A stretch of 33,975 bases of DNA from Rhizaria sp. SCN 62-66. Taxonomy: Eukaryota. The position numbers were made by a program, and so were the translations under genes. Positions 1 to 12,830 of this stretch are shown here, one piece after another. The first letter of the stretch is position 1; each line of letters opens with the position of its first letter. The stretch is from contig MEDY01000068.1 of NCBI GenBank assembly GCA_001724265.1, forward strand, positions 62,001 to 95,975, in the 5' to 3' direction. The notes beneath the pieces are model-generated. The model had not been told where the DNA came from. It saw nothing but the letters and a program-made list of their open reading frames with translations, and searched no databases.

Positions 1-3000
1 AGACAGGTTGGCGGTAGGCACAAAGGACATGCGCGGCCCAGGGCGAGGCCTTGTGGGAAGCAATGCCAGAGGTGCCAAAGTCGCAGTACCACTGAAGAGA
101 AAGCGGTTGAACTCTGTCAACGCAGGCGTAATAGCACGTAGCGTTATCACTGCACCCGTCTGTGCGGCGAGCGCATCGCGGTAGCGCGAGTCCTGCTTGT
201 AATAAATGTTTGTCGCTGTAACGATGCAGAGGCTGTTCACCGCCACTGCCGTGTTGCTAAACTTGAGCACAAACTTGAATCCAAGTGCCTTTTGCATAGC
301 TCCATATGTTGCGTTCGTAAAGCCAAAAGGGAGCACATCAAACACAGGTGCTGTTTGAGTTACTACGGTCGCAGTGCCGCACTTCAGCGAGATCGTTGAC
401 GTAGATGAGAAATAAAGACGTGACTGCTCGTGCGCAACGCCTGTTAGTACAGTCATATTGGGGAAGATAGTGGAGAGCTCAGCGAACACAGTGCCCGTCT
501 TTGGGAGATATACTGCCGCTGTGGTGATAAACGTGGCCTTCATTGTAAACGCACGCCCGTATAACCCACCATGTGCAATAGGAGACAGCGAAAGAGTGAC
601 CGGCATCGGAACGGTAAAGTCAGTGCGCAGTGCCACAGCTACAATGCTCTTGGCAATTGCAGTCGTGGCCGCCGCAGTCCGGTTGTAGCAGATAGTCATG
701 GTGACAGTTGGCGGGTTGCTGAGCTTTGTTGTGTCGACGGAAACGTTGCGGCGAACCAGAACAAGGGACTTTTCAGCGGGCCAGCCCTTGTCAAATTGAA
801 TAAAAATCTCGCCAGTTGCAGTGACAACGCCGCTGGTGCCGATCTCTGTACTGGCGTAGGGCAACATTGTGCCGGGTGATGCGACGATAAGACCCAACGA
901 ATCCAGAAGATTAGCCCACGAAACTGTCATTACAAGGAAATAGTTGGGCGGGATCGGCATTGCGGGCGTGACTACAAAGCCCATGTCGAGAGGGGTGGCG
1001 GCGAGAGGACCAGGAGAGTCGCCAGCCTGTGGTGCCAGCGGGGAGACGCTCGGTAAGCCCCAGTTTGGCGAGACATACAGAACCTGCAGAAGAGCCGCTG
1101 CAACGGTGCCCACTCCGCTATCAATCGTCGGAAGCGATGCGGTTGCAGTATAAGCAGGTGATGGATGACCGAAGTACACGTTAGACTTGATTGAGTACGT
1201 ACTATTCGTAAAGCACTTGATGCCCGAGATAGTTAGGGACGAGAGCGACGTGTTCGCCAGGCGGAGCGCGAACGTGCTGGTGGGGACGTCCCATTCCCCA
1301 GGACGCAAATGTGTGTACGTCGCAAGCATCGTGTTATGCGCTGCACTGTCGGTGCTGAGCGCAGCCATATAAGGAAAGAAATGGCACTGCGGATCAAGAG
1401 TAATCTCAACCGTTGCCTCGCCAAGCATCCCAAGCGGAATGGCCGGGTACGCTGCTGTGAGAGTTGATGAAGACAGACCCGAAAATATGTGCGTAATTGT
1501 AGATCCAGAAATCGAGTATGTGGGCGTCGCTGACGTAGAAGCTGGCAATGTCGCCTCAAGCTTGTAGCGAGTAAGACCGCCAGCTGAGACGAGGTCCAAC
1601 TTGTAAGCCTCAGCTGCTGTGTTGCTAACAGGAAGAGTGAGCGTAATAGAAAGCACAGCACTGACATTCTTCAGACAATAATATTGGGAAGGACTGGCCA
1701 GGCTCAACTTCATTGAAAAAAAAGGACTCAGTGTCGTCCTGGTTAGAGTCTGGGCGCTAGTTCCACCTGCAAGCAATGGCGCCGTCAGTTCAAACGTGGC
1801 TAAGCTAAAGACAGTTGAAACAGCAGCCGTCCGCATTGAGGGTGGCAGTGTAAGTATCAAGTAGTCACCAGTGTTAATCATCACGTTGCCGCCCGCACAT
1901 AATGTTGCCGGCGCTGTAAGAGTATGCACTAAGGCGGTGGTTGTGGCAGTGGTGGCATAAGAAGGCACGCTGCCGCGAACTACGCCAAAATGTCCCGTAT
2001 ACAGCCGTTGATTCTTGTTGTTAAGTATCGCCATGAAAATCTCAGCGCGCTGCTCTGTTACTGTACCGAGTTCAGTGTTCTCTACAACAAGCGTCCATTG
2101 CGATCCTGCAAGCACACCGCACGCGGCCATAGGACAAGCAATGTCACGGAGCACGTCGGGTAGGGAGCTCTCAGTAGCAGTACAAACCAAGTTGCAACGA
2201 TTCGAGAAGGAGTCTTCGAGTGAGGCCTGCACAGTCATAGTGGGCGGAGTGGTTGCAATGAAGCGCACCGTGGCTGTTGAGCCCTGGAGCTTCACTTGCA
2301 GTGTCTGCGTTGTTGAGACGGCCGGCGTCCAGTAGGGTACGCTAATCACTGCCCGCAGCTGACCGTAGCTCTTACCAGCAAGGAGGACGTGACTAATACT
2401 TGTTGTTACAATGGGGTACGGCCCAGAAGCAAGAGCCGGAATGACCGCCATTGCGCGCAATGACGTGCCTGAGAGTAGTCGCAGCTCAATTTCTTGCTCA
2501 GCAACAAGGCGGGTGCAAGAGACTGTAACGCGCAGAGTAAATGCAGTAGTGCCAGCTGCGAGACAAGAGGATAAATCAACACTGGCCCCAGCAGTTGCAG
2601 GTGTGCACGGTGAACTCTGAGGTGCCGGCAGCAAACGAAGGGCACTATCAAGAGTGACATCTGCGGGCATGTCATGCGGCAATGCCTCGCGGGTGGTAAG
2701 AGCAAGTTCCGAACTGGCTGCGACGTCGGTGACCAAAGACCACGCCACATCGCAGGCCACTGTGTAACGGGCCGGGCCGACGGAGTGAGAGCACGAACTT
2801 GCTATAACGCGATGAGGTGAGTCTGTGAGCGTAATTTGCTTTGTCGCGTATGCAAAGGAAGCCGACACTGAAGTGGCAACAGAGCCGTAACCAACGTTCA
2901 TAAGCTTATGTAAGCCTTCCGTCATAGCAGCAGATGTAGTGCGACTTCCATCAAGCTCCACAACAACCGCAAGGCGATCAGTGGGGAGCAAAACGGTTAC

Positions 3001-6000
3001 ATGTCTCAGAAGCAACGTTACGCTAGTATTCACCATCGCCGCAACGTAGGGAAGTGTAATAATGCCTGCAACGCCCACGCTGGCAAACGCACTCGCAGTG
3101 CCTGTGCCCACGGTCACACTGTATTCTGCCAAGCTGTAGCTAATTGGATTGCGCGGCAGTGTGATGACCAGGTTCATGCTGAAGTAGCTCATAGTAACCT
3201 GCGTCGACAGGAACACAATGCTCATGGTCCGCTCATTGGTTCCCGATACTGCGATCGAAGCGCTGGTAATAATCAGCGGAGGCGCCGGCAGCTGTTGCGG
3301 CTGGAGCGCGTCGGGTAAGACAGCGATAGGTGCCTGCGTGTCAAAATACCTTGACGAGTCATCAGTAAGCGTGCTAACGGTGAGCAGCTGCAATGGATTG
3401 GAGGGCCCAGTGGCAAACGTGCGCTTGATTGGGAAGCGGTAGATGCAGGGGGCATTGCTTGTACACGGATTGGCCACAGGCCCAGCTTGATACGCATTTT
3501 CAAGAACAACAGTTGCCACATAGGTTGATGTCGGTTCAATGCGGATGGACCCAGCGACTCCTGTGCTGTACTTGCCAGCGAAATCGTAGGCGTAGTCACC
3601 GTCCACGTGGAGAACAAGCTCGACCGCAGTCACCGTCGGGGAGAAAAACCAGTCAAAGAACGAGACTTGAAGATGCAACGGCGCCGCAGGGTGCAAGTCT
3701 GTTGCCAGGGTCCGATCCACGGCAACTTGCAGCGGCGGGGGCGCATTGACCGTGTGAAGCGGGGCGCCTGTGGCCGATGTAGACCCGTACTCAAGCTTGA
3801 CAGTGACACAGCTCGCTGAAAAGTGTCCAGGGCTGTCAAACGTGGCGCCCTCCGCAGGGTCAAGCTGTAAGTGTGAGAAAGTAAACGCAAAAGGCTGCTT
3901 AGGATAGAAAGGGCCGCCACTGCATGTGACCGTGAGCATTGATGCAGTGACGCTTTTGAGTGTACAAGCCCATGTCCTTGCGAGGAACTCAGCGTTCACA
4001 AAGCTCGATTTGGTCGACGCGGGGCACGTTTTAGTGTTCGCACTCAGGAAGATAATAACGTCGACTGTCGCTGCGGTAATGACGTCAGTAAGAACAGTGT
4101 GGACATCAAGACTTGCGCGATGCAGGGTTGCAGTGGAGTCACGCGTTAGCGTGACACCGTACATAAACACAGTTGGCAACGGTATAGTCCCAATTTCAAC
4201 ATCATGAATCGGAGCCAATGCAGACGCTGGATCTGCAACGCTTGTCAGGGTAAAGCAGCTCTTTGGAACGAGCTCGGTGTTCCTAAAGGAGCTTTCATCG
4301 GCATGCTCCAGGAAGTATGCTGAAGAGATGCGGAAGCCAATGTACTTGGGCTGAGGTGCTGGCATACAAGAAGCTGGCACTGAGAGTGTCGCAAAGCCGC
4401 TGCTATAGCGATCAGTGCACGTGTCCGCATCTTGATTGAGAAGATTTACAGGTTGATCGCTAGTATAGATACCGCAGTTTGTGCCAAGGGCGAGTAAGTA
4501 CTCTTCGACTGGCGAGCGCAACGGGAATAGAAAGATGTGCATGTCCGCAGTCAAGTCCGTTGCAGCCCAGGAGTGTGACGCAAGTGCAATATGGTACGCA
4601 AAGGGCGGCACGCTTGGGTCCAGTGGGTTTGTCAGCGGCAGGCTGTGGAACGCATGCGCAACCTCCGACACGAATCCACCAAAGGTGTACGTGGCACCAA
4701 GGGTGAACGTGAAATCAGTGTTCATGAATGAACTCAGCTCATAAGGAACGCGGAACTTGGCCGTGAACGAAGTGAAGCGGAGTGCGGCCACGGTGCAGTC
4801 GGATATCTTACCGGCGACATTGCTTGCGCACGTCTCTGAAGTAACTGGCGCACCGACAAACTGCGTTGACAGAGCGTATGTATAGCTCGTCGTGAGAGAA
4901 GAAACAGCGCGGAAGAAAAAGATCTTGGCAAGGTACGTCTGGTCAGTCATAGCCAGCACAACCGGTGGCTCAGTGGCGTTCATAACCGATGCAGATACGA
5001 CGTTGGTGAGTTGGTGTGACACAACAACTGAGGCTGGGGAGCTCTCGATGGTATCATCATTGACCACAGTATTCTGCTGTGGGATAACGACAGCAGCGGC
5101 CTTCACACCGGTCATACCAGTGGACGTGGGGTATGTCTTAAAATAGTTGTGATAGTCTCCATGGGTTGTGCGCACAGGACCAAAGCGAATAACACGCGGA
5201 ACAAAACGGAGATTCGAAATAGCAGTGACAGCGTCACAGCTTGTGAATCGCAAAAGTGTTACGCTTGTAGCCGTAATGGTGCATGTTAGGGCCGTGTGGG
5301 ACGTTGTCGATGGCTTGATTGCGATTCCTGAGCTGAAAACAAGCGCCGGTGCAATATCAGCCTGCGCAGTAAAGTTGATCGTCCAATTAGCGGAAAACGC
5401 TTTGTGAGCGTAAATGACAACCTCCCAAGTGACCTCCACAGGCGCCGTTGCGTGCGTGGGGTCGGCCGGATTCACAGTCGAGACAAGGTTTGCAGCCACT
5501 GGGTACCACACAAAGTCTAAGTCGCGCGAGATGGCTTGGTTCAGGGCAACCGTGGACGTTCCAGCCTTGGCGACTGTGGCTGTGGTGCTGGTGACGTTAA
5601 AACATGTCACACTGTTGAATGGGTAGTAGTTCGCCGCAGTCACGTCGAACTGCACGGAGACCGAGCTGTACGTGTTAGAACGCTGTCCTGCGGTGAAATC
5701 AAGTGTGCCCGCGGCATCGTACACCGTGAGGCCCGAACACGCAGCAGTAAGAACAGATGTGTCAAAGCTGAACGTAACGTTGGTGGTCGGAGTTGAAGGA
5801 TAAACGTAGAGTAAGAGCGACAGCTTCAGATAGCGCACGGCGGCAGTCGTCGGGCCTGGGACCAAAACGCGGTCTGTTGAAACCCAATGAAAGTAGAATC
5901 CAGGCGTCGCCGCGATGCGCAAGGCAATGTCGGCCGCCAGAGCGGCCCCCACCGTGGGGTTAGACGGCGAGCGGAGAACGACAGCGGTGCGCATCAATAT

Positions 6001-9000
6001 ATACGGTTCGTTCGCGGTGACGCGCGAGGCGGTATTTGCGTAAGCCACAGTCATGCTCGCGACAATGCACGTGAGTGTTGTCGACACGCCCTGCGTGATT
6101 GTCTTGGCTGAAGTGAACGATATCTGCGTTGCAGTGCGGTTGCCATACAACACACAGTCGCCTGAGAGCGTCGCAGCGCTGAACACCAACGAGTCTGCCA
6201 CGGAGACAAACGACAACACGTCGGTCGTCAGCAAAGTCTCTGCAGAGATTATGGTGAACTTGCCGGAGACTGTCGTAACAACTTGGAGCGGGTTTGATGC
6301 CGGGGTGATGGCAAATGCAGTCGCAGTATAGGTGACGTTGATGTAAGGAATATAGCCAAGTGGAACGCCATGTAAAGCAGAGACAGTCGTTGGCGCGGCT
6401 GTGGTAAGACTAAAGCACGTGTTACTAAGCGAACTATTCGCATAAAAAGGTGAGTACGCAACGTCAGTGAAAGAGTAGCCTGTGGAAATCTTATAAGCCA
6501 AGTACTTGGGCTGCGGAGTCGGCATGCAGCTTGATGCCACTGAGACTGCTGTCATGGGAGTTGGAGCGCACAATGCGGCGAGATTCTGGTATGTCACGGC
6601 TTTGCCCAAGCCCTGGTACACACCACAGTCGCTGCGCACATCGAGCGTGCTCAGGTCAACAAACGACGTGAGCGGGAAAATATACAGTTGCAGAGTTGCG
6701 GTTAGATCGGTCCCAACCCACGCGAGATCGGTGAGCACAACGTGAAACGCATACGGGGCAGGAGCGCTATATGCGTAGTCAAGTAAGTCAGTGGTTAAAG
6801 CGTTCACAGTTGCACTGTTTGCGCCGCCGACTGAGTAGGTGTAAATCATATTAAAATTAAAGTCGGTCTTTGCGTACGACGACTTCTCGTAGTCAACGAC
6901 AAAGGTGGAGCTAAAGGAGACTGGCATTTTCACAGTGCCCGTCGCCTGACACGTGACGTTTCCGGCAGCCAGCGTGGGGCATGTGCCGGTCGTCGTGGGT
7001 AAATCCACATGCGCCATTGATGCACTGTACGAGTAGACAATCGTAGACGCTGTGATGGCTTTAAAGAAGAAAATCTTAAAGAGGTAGTTTTGACGTGTAA
7101 TCGCCGTGACAATGGGCGTTGTCGTCGCCGGGCTAACAACATTAGCGGAGACAACATCTTTAGTCCACAGCATTGGTACGACGTTTGGCAGCGAGTTTGC
7201 AATAAAAATACTCCCGTCTGTCACAGCCGAGTTCTGCTGCACAATGCCCGTTTTAATGCTGTGTGATGCGAGCACAGAAGCCGCTGGTGTATACGACTGA
7301 AACACGGTCATGTACGCAGCGTACGTTGCCCGCGTTGCGCCAAAACGCAAAATGCGAGGAGAAAACTTACCACTACCATTGCCAGCGTCACTGATCGTGT
7401 CGCAGCCAGAGAGCTGCAGCTGCATCGCGCTGACTGGCGCAATCGCACACAAAAGGGGCGAGTACTTCGTGGTGAGGGGCGTCTTTAGCACAAGCCCGGT
7501 GGCAAACACGAGCGTTGCCGCCATGGCCGACTGTGTCGCAAGGACAAATGCCCAATTTGACAGCGGCATGTGGGCGTAGATGACGACCTCCCAGTCAATG
7601 TCAACAGGCGCAGTGGCATGGGATGCGTCACGCGGGTTGACAGTGCTGGCGAGCTGCGCGGCCACTGGGTAGATTGCAAAATCAAAGGGCAGTGTTGTTG
7701 AAACATACGAAATAGGAATGTTCCCGGCGCGGGTGATAACACTGGTGTTTGAGCTGACGGAGAAACACGTCGCAGTGTCAATCGGATAATACACAAATGC
7801 ATCTGCGTCGAAGTTAAAGTAGATGCTAGCACTTGACACGGTCACGCGGTATGATGTTGTCAAAGCCGTGTTAAAACTCCCAGTGCCACCGGTGAGTGCA
7901 AGTCCAGGACATGCGGTTGCATTCAAAGTGATCGTATAGTTAAACGTTGCAGGAGCTGGATTGGACATGTACAGATACAAGCTTGCTTGGATCTGCAGCT
8001 TGCGCGCGGCCAGAGTGGTGGCGCGCACGAGAGAGCGACCGACGGCGCCGATATGCCAGAAGAACGGCGTTACACCTGATGGTCGCGCAACAATATCGGT
8101 ACTTGCGGGAACACCCACGGCCGGGTTCTCCGGTGTGCGCAGCAACAACGCGTTTGGTAACAAGGTGTACGGGTCTGTTGCCGTCACGCGAGCAGCGTCG
8201 TTGCTGTGCAAAATCAAGATGTTTGTAAGCACACACGTGGTGGTTGTGATTGCGTCAACAGTGGAAAAACTTGTTACTGTGAAACTGACCGCGGACTTGG
8301 TTGCTGCACTGCTAGCCGCACATTCACCAGCGACTGTTACACTGGCAAAGTCGAAACATGATGCAAAGCCGGAAACCAAATAGAACACGGCACTCGGCGC
8401 AAACACGTCGCTGCGCGTAATCGTAATTGTTGCGGCCACAGAAGTCATCGTTTGGGTGAAATCCGCGGCATAAGGCGCGATAGAAAGCGCATTTGCTGTG
8501 TAAGTAAAGGAAACAGCGGGAGGGTCACCAAACGGAACGTTGTTGGCAGAATCATAGTCGGTAGCCTCGCTGGTGAATGAGAAGCAGCTGCTGGGCAAGG
8601 TCTGCGTTGCATGGTACGGGTTCGTGCTGACTGAGGACAACGTGTACGCGCTTGCAAGGCGGAATGCAAAGGAAGTGGGCACATGCGGCGCGCAAGTCGA
8701 GTCAAGCGTAAACGTATCAAAGCTGCTGCTGTACGCTGTACAGGTAGACGGCCTATTGAAGAACGTCAACGGCGACCCATTGGTCCAGGTACCGCAGTTG
8801 GTGTCCAGGATCATATAGTGCGCGGCAATGGGCAGTTTGTGCGGGAAGAAGACAAGCAGCACGTCAGATGTAAAGCTGCTGCCGGTCCACGTCTTGGGAT
8901 TGCCAAGCACAACTGCGAAGCTAAACGGCGGCGCAGTGGGACTGAGCGGGCTATCGAGGGTTTGCGATGTTGCGCCCGATAGCGAAACACTTCCTTCCGT

Positions 9001-11004
9001 TGCTGTAGAAGTGTACGTATAGGTGAGCGTAAAGCTCCAGTCCGACGCCGCAAATGACTGCACCTCATAAGGAACCTGAAAGGCCACCAGCACAGACAGG
9101 AGCATCCGCGACGCCGCCGTCGGGGCGCACGTGAAGGTGCCGGCCAAAAGCACAGAGCACGTGGCGCTGGTTGAGGACGGAGTACCCGTGTGCGCAGCCG
9201 CTTTGCTGAACGCATAGATTGTCGTGACTGTAGACACGCGTTTGAAAAAGTACATCTTGAGGTAATAACCCTGCTCTGTCTCGGCGACCGCTGTTGGCGA
9301 GACTGAGTCGGGGCCAAACACCGTCGCCGTTGTGACAGTCTTGGTCCAGAGCACAGGCACGACCAATGGCAGCGAAGAGCCGTCGACAACAAAATTGTCC
9401 GTGATGTCGATGTTCTGCTGTTGCACGGACGGCAGTGTGTCGCCGTAAAGCATCAGCATCGCGACCTAGGAGTAGGTCGAGAAGAGCGCTTGATACATCG
9501 TGTACGTCATGCGTGATGCGCCAAAGCGGATAGCGCGCGGGGCAAACATACCAGATGCCACGGCATCCACCACGCCACACGACAAGAACAATAGCATGGT
9601 AGCGTTCGCGACCATGGGCGTGCAGGTGACGGAGGCATAGCCCGCTGTCTGCGTCGAGAGCACCGTGACCGGGCCGGAGCTGAAGTCAATGCGCGTGGTC
9701 AGCGGGGACAGCAGTGTGACGGAAAAGTTCCACCCGGCGGTCTGCGGAGAGTGGAGGTGCAGCGCGAGCTCAAAACCAACGTCGACGAGCGTGTTTCCCA
9801 GTGCTGCCTCGCTTGCGGCCGCCGCGGGGTCCGCGACCGCAGCTGCGACGGGGTAAAACGCGAAGTCAAAGGGTCGCGTAAAGGCCGTCAGCGCAACCGT
9901 GGCGGTGCCGGCGCGCGCAATAGAGCCCGTGGTGCTGGTCACGGTGAGACACGCGCCGACGGGAAACGGGTAGTACGCGGCGTTGGCGACGTTGAAAAGG
10001 ACCCGGAGCGGCGTGGACGCCTTGGTGACGCGGTACGGGGACGTGACCGATAGTGAGCGGGCGGGGGTTTCCACTGTCAGCCCCACACACGACAGCTGAG
10101 CAGTTACGGTCTGCTGAATCGCGGTGTTTGTGGGGAGAACTGCGTACACGTAGACGTCGAACGACACGCGCAGCTGCCGTGTTGCCTCGAGCGCGCCGCG
10201 GGTCACCACGCGGTCAACGGGCACGAAGTTGAACCAATACTGGGTAGCGTTGGCGGACCGCAGCGTAATGTTTCCGCTTGCAGTGACGCCCGCGTCGCCG
10301 CTGGGGAGCTGCACCTGGACCGCATCGGCCTTAAGCACGTACGGATCGCTTGTGTCCGCGCGGCCTGCGGCGTTGTCGAAGGGCACGGTGATGCCAGTGA
10401 CGACGCACGCAAGCAGCTCCTGCGCGCCGGCAGAGTACGCGCGCACTGTGCGGATTTGCAGCTGGCCGGCCGAGCGGGCGTAGAGCGTGCAGTCCTGGCC
10501 GGCGGCGATCGCAGCCTTGGTGAATGTGACTGACGTGAGCAAGGTCGATATTGTGATGATGCCCTCCGCAGGCACGTCGTCGCCGATCATGAGGTTGAAG
10601 CTTCCTGCAGCGGTCGAAACCGGCGCTTCAGGGCTTGAGGCTGATGCAGAGAGCACAAGTGAGGCCGGGGTGTAAGACCATGACGTGTTTGAGAGGACTG
10701 CATTCACTTTCATTACAATAGACGCGGTGGAGGATGGATGTAGCGAGGTGTCGCCTGAGACGACATCTGGAGCGGAGGTCGTTAGAGCAGACACAAAATT
10801 ATGCCCGTGTGTAGGAGTAAAAGGGCTATACGCGAGGTGCGCATTGGCAGACGGAACGGCTTCAGTGGTAGACCGCTGCAAGGAAGGAAAGCCGGGAGTC
10901 CGCGCTGCGACTGACACCAGATGAGGAGTCGTAAGGAGCGCGGGAAGCAGCGAAAAGAAGGGGATATACCACAAAATCCATATTAAGCAGCCACCACGGG
11001 ACAT
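1..11004 (-). CDS. Giant secreted/cell-surface Thr/Ala/Ser/Val-rich repeat protein (at least 3668 codons, 3' end outside window), with one in-frame TAG at codon 513
   Basis: The listed ORF 9466..11004 stops at TAG (9466-9468). The same frame continues VAMLMLYGDTLPSVQQQN and reads open to base 1 (...MSFVPTANLS) by manual translation. No closed ORF in this frame is listed below 9466, consistent with a frame running off the edge. The N-terminus is hydrophobic, and the internal repeats align across the TAG. Confidence 0.85.
4200..10600 (-). repeat. Three tandem, diverged ~720-aa (~2.17 kb) protein repeat units; boundaries approximate
   Basis: Recurring motifs: DPYVL/DPYTL/EPYIL (~10340, ~8170, ~6005); PFDFAFYPVAA/PFDFAIYPVAA/DLDFVWYPVAA; RAIRFG/RILRFG/RVIRFG (FG at 9520, 7339, 5179; spacings 2181 and 2160 nt); YYLKMYFF/YLFKIFFF/YLAKIFFF; SCFSFTS/TCFSLTT/SCFTLTS. 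Confidence 0.85.
10903..11004 (-). other. Putative N-terminal signal peptide or signal anchor of the giant protein
   Basis: MSRGGCLIWILWYIPFFSLLPALLTTPHLVSVAA has a basic residue, a hydrophobic core and a small-residue (VAA) end. Judged by eye only. Confidence 0.55.
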
Positions 11005-12830
11005 AGAAGTCGGGTTCGATTAATGTCAGACACTTTTGGAACTAAAGGACGCCCTTTAAGCGAGAAAATTCGTGTAGAAGAGTAAGGGGACGCTGCGTGG
11101 TTCTGTGCGGTAACGTCGAGTGAAGCGAGGATGAAGATAGAGGAATAAGAACAGGGCACACGGAAAATAAAAAGAACAATCCAAATAGACCTAATCCGTG
11201 TGAGTCTAGTATTTGCATTTAATAATCGCATTCTTTTGTTCAATGAAACACTGAACTTGGAGGAACTGAATGCGGCATCGCACATGGGCTGATCTCTCCG
11301 CGCTTTCAACAGGTTGTTATCAGGCTATAGGCAACACAACAAGAGTTGAGCGCCTGGAATATAACATATATTCAAACGCTAAACCACGCCATATTGCCAA
11401 ATTTGGACTGATGCAGGACTGAGTCCCATACAACGCTTCTATCTATGCTCAAGCGCGCGGTCGAGTCGAAGAGCGGCCAGTGGTATGTCGCTCCCCCACC
11501 AAGATGGCATTCAACACCCACACGAAGGATATCAAAAAATGGGAGATATAAATAGTATTCTACATGTCCATAATTACCACCGCAAAAAGTCTTGTTCTAC
11601 ACTGATCGACTAGTATCAAGATATTGAGCGAAAACATCTCGCCAAAGGAGCGACCAAAACGACCAAAATTTGGCAAGCTCAGCAGTGTACTGTTCAGTTT
11701 TTGGCCGCGTTGCGTCGTTCCTGCTCACAGTCACTTTTCCTCGCAAGGCTGATTCCGACCAAGGCACATACACACTAAGTGCTCGTCACAGGGGATATTA
11801 TTAAGCACCATGGTGGTGTGTTAAGTGCTTGTAATTATACGATTTCTATTTCTTTTCTTAAACTCATTGTTGTCACCTCTAACTCCTTCCCCCGCTGCAG
11901 CCGTGATACTTTTTTTGTAATATGAGATGAATAAGGAGTCGAAGATAACGCGAGCAGCGGATCGTAAAGCCCACATAAGTGTGCATACGCTATCCGTGAC
12001 GTTCGTGTGCGCACACCCAGAGCGCGTTGATTTAGTCTGTCTCGGCTGATGCCCCTGATTCAACTTGCTTCAGCAACTCACCGCTCCAAAGTGTGACTTG
12101 CGGATTCCGTCCTATGACAAGGATTACGTGTACGCTACCAGCAGCCAAGCAAATCCCTTCAAAATCAGCACAAGGATCAGCCGGAATCGTTGCCCTTCAG
12201 CAACAAACACTCGGTATTGGGCGCGCCTCCGTTATGGTGTGCGCGCGCCTGGGAAGCCACAATGTGAGGGTGTTACAGTAACCGAGTCAAAGAGGGACAG
12301 GACATCGTGCAACCGTGTCACAAAGCGATTATGTTATACCTACAAACACCATCTATCCTAATTCGAGACGGGAGTTTAGCATGCCTTCCTGGTCTTGCAC
12401 AGAGGAGGGTGGGAGCGAAAGATGGCAGTCCATGCGCTCGAGAGTGAACTGTCTCCAAGAAATCGGCGACTTAATAGCATGAACCACGATTTCCGAGCGT
12501 ATTATTTAAGATACAACTACTACTTTATGTTTTAATTCTAAAGATCATGCCTTTTTCAGCAATGACGTTCGGTTTCTCGAGCTTATATCTTCGCAAAATC
12601 GGCGACACCCATCTGGCCGCCACTTGCTGCTGTCAACCCGCCTCGTCGCGCCATGTCATCATCATCTCCCCAGCTCGACATGATCGTCAAACCTTTTTGC
12701 ATTTGTGTGCAATAGTCATTCCTCATTAATTGCATTTTGTCTTTCAAATTATATTCTCCCAATTCTCTCTCTTAGCCCGCACAGACCCACCCCAGCCAGC
12801 CTCACTCCGCAGCGAGACCCCCGCCTGCCG
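11005..12830. promoter_or_regulatory. Divergent intergenic region, presumed promoters and 5' UTRs of genes 1 and 2
   Basis: Lower GC, no convincing ORF, located between two head-to-head start codons. No specific element was identified. Confidence 0.4.

Noticed and set aside
458-10924. Many short plus-strand and off-frame minus-strand ORFs
   Set aside because: They are shadows of the single long minus-strand CDS and show no independent protein features.
12705-12830. Upstream non-ATG start proposed by the ORF track for gene 2
   Set aside because: The sequence is pyrimidine-rich and UTR-like. The first ATG at 12831 is the more plausible eukaryotic start. The same applies to the extensions to 30794 and 32697.
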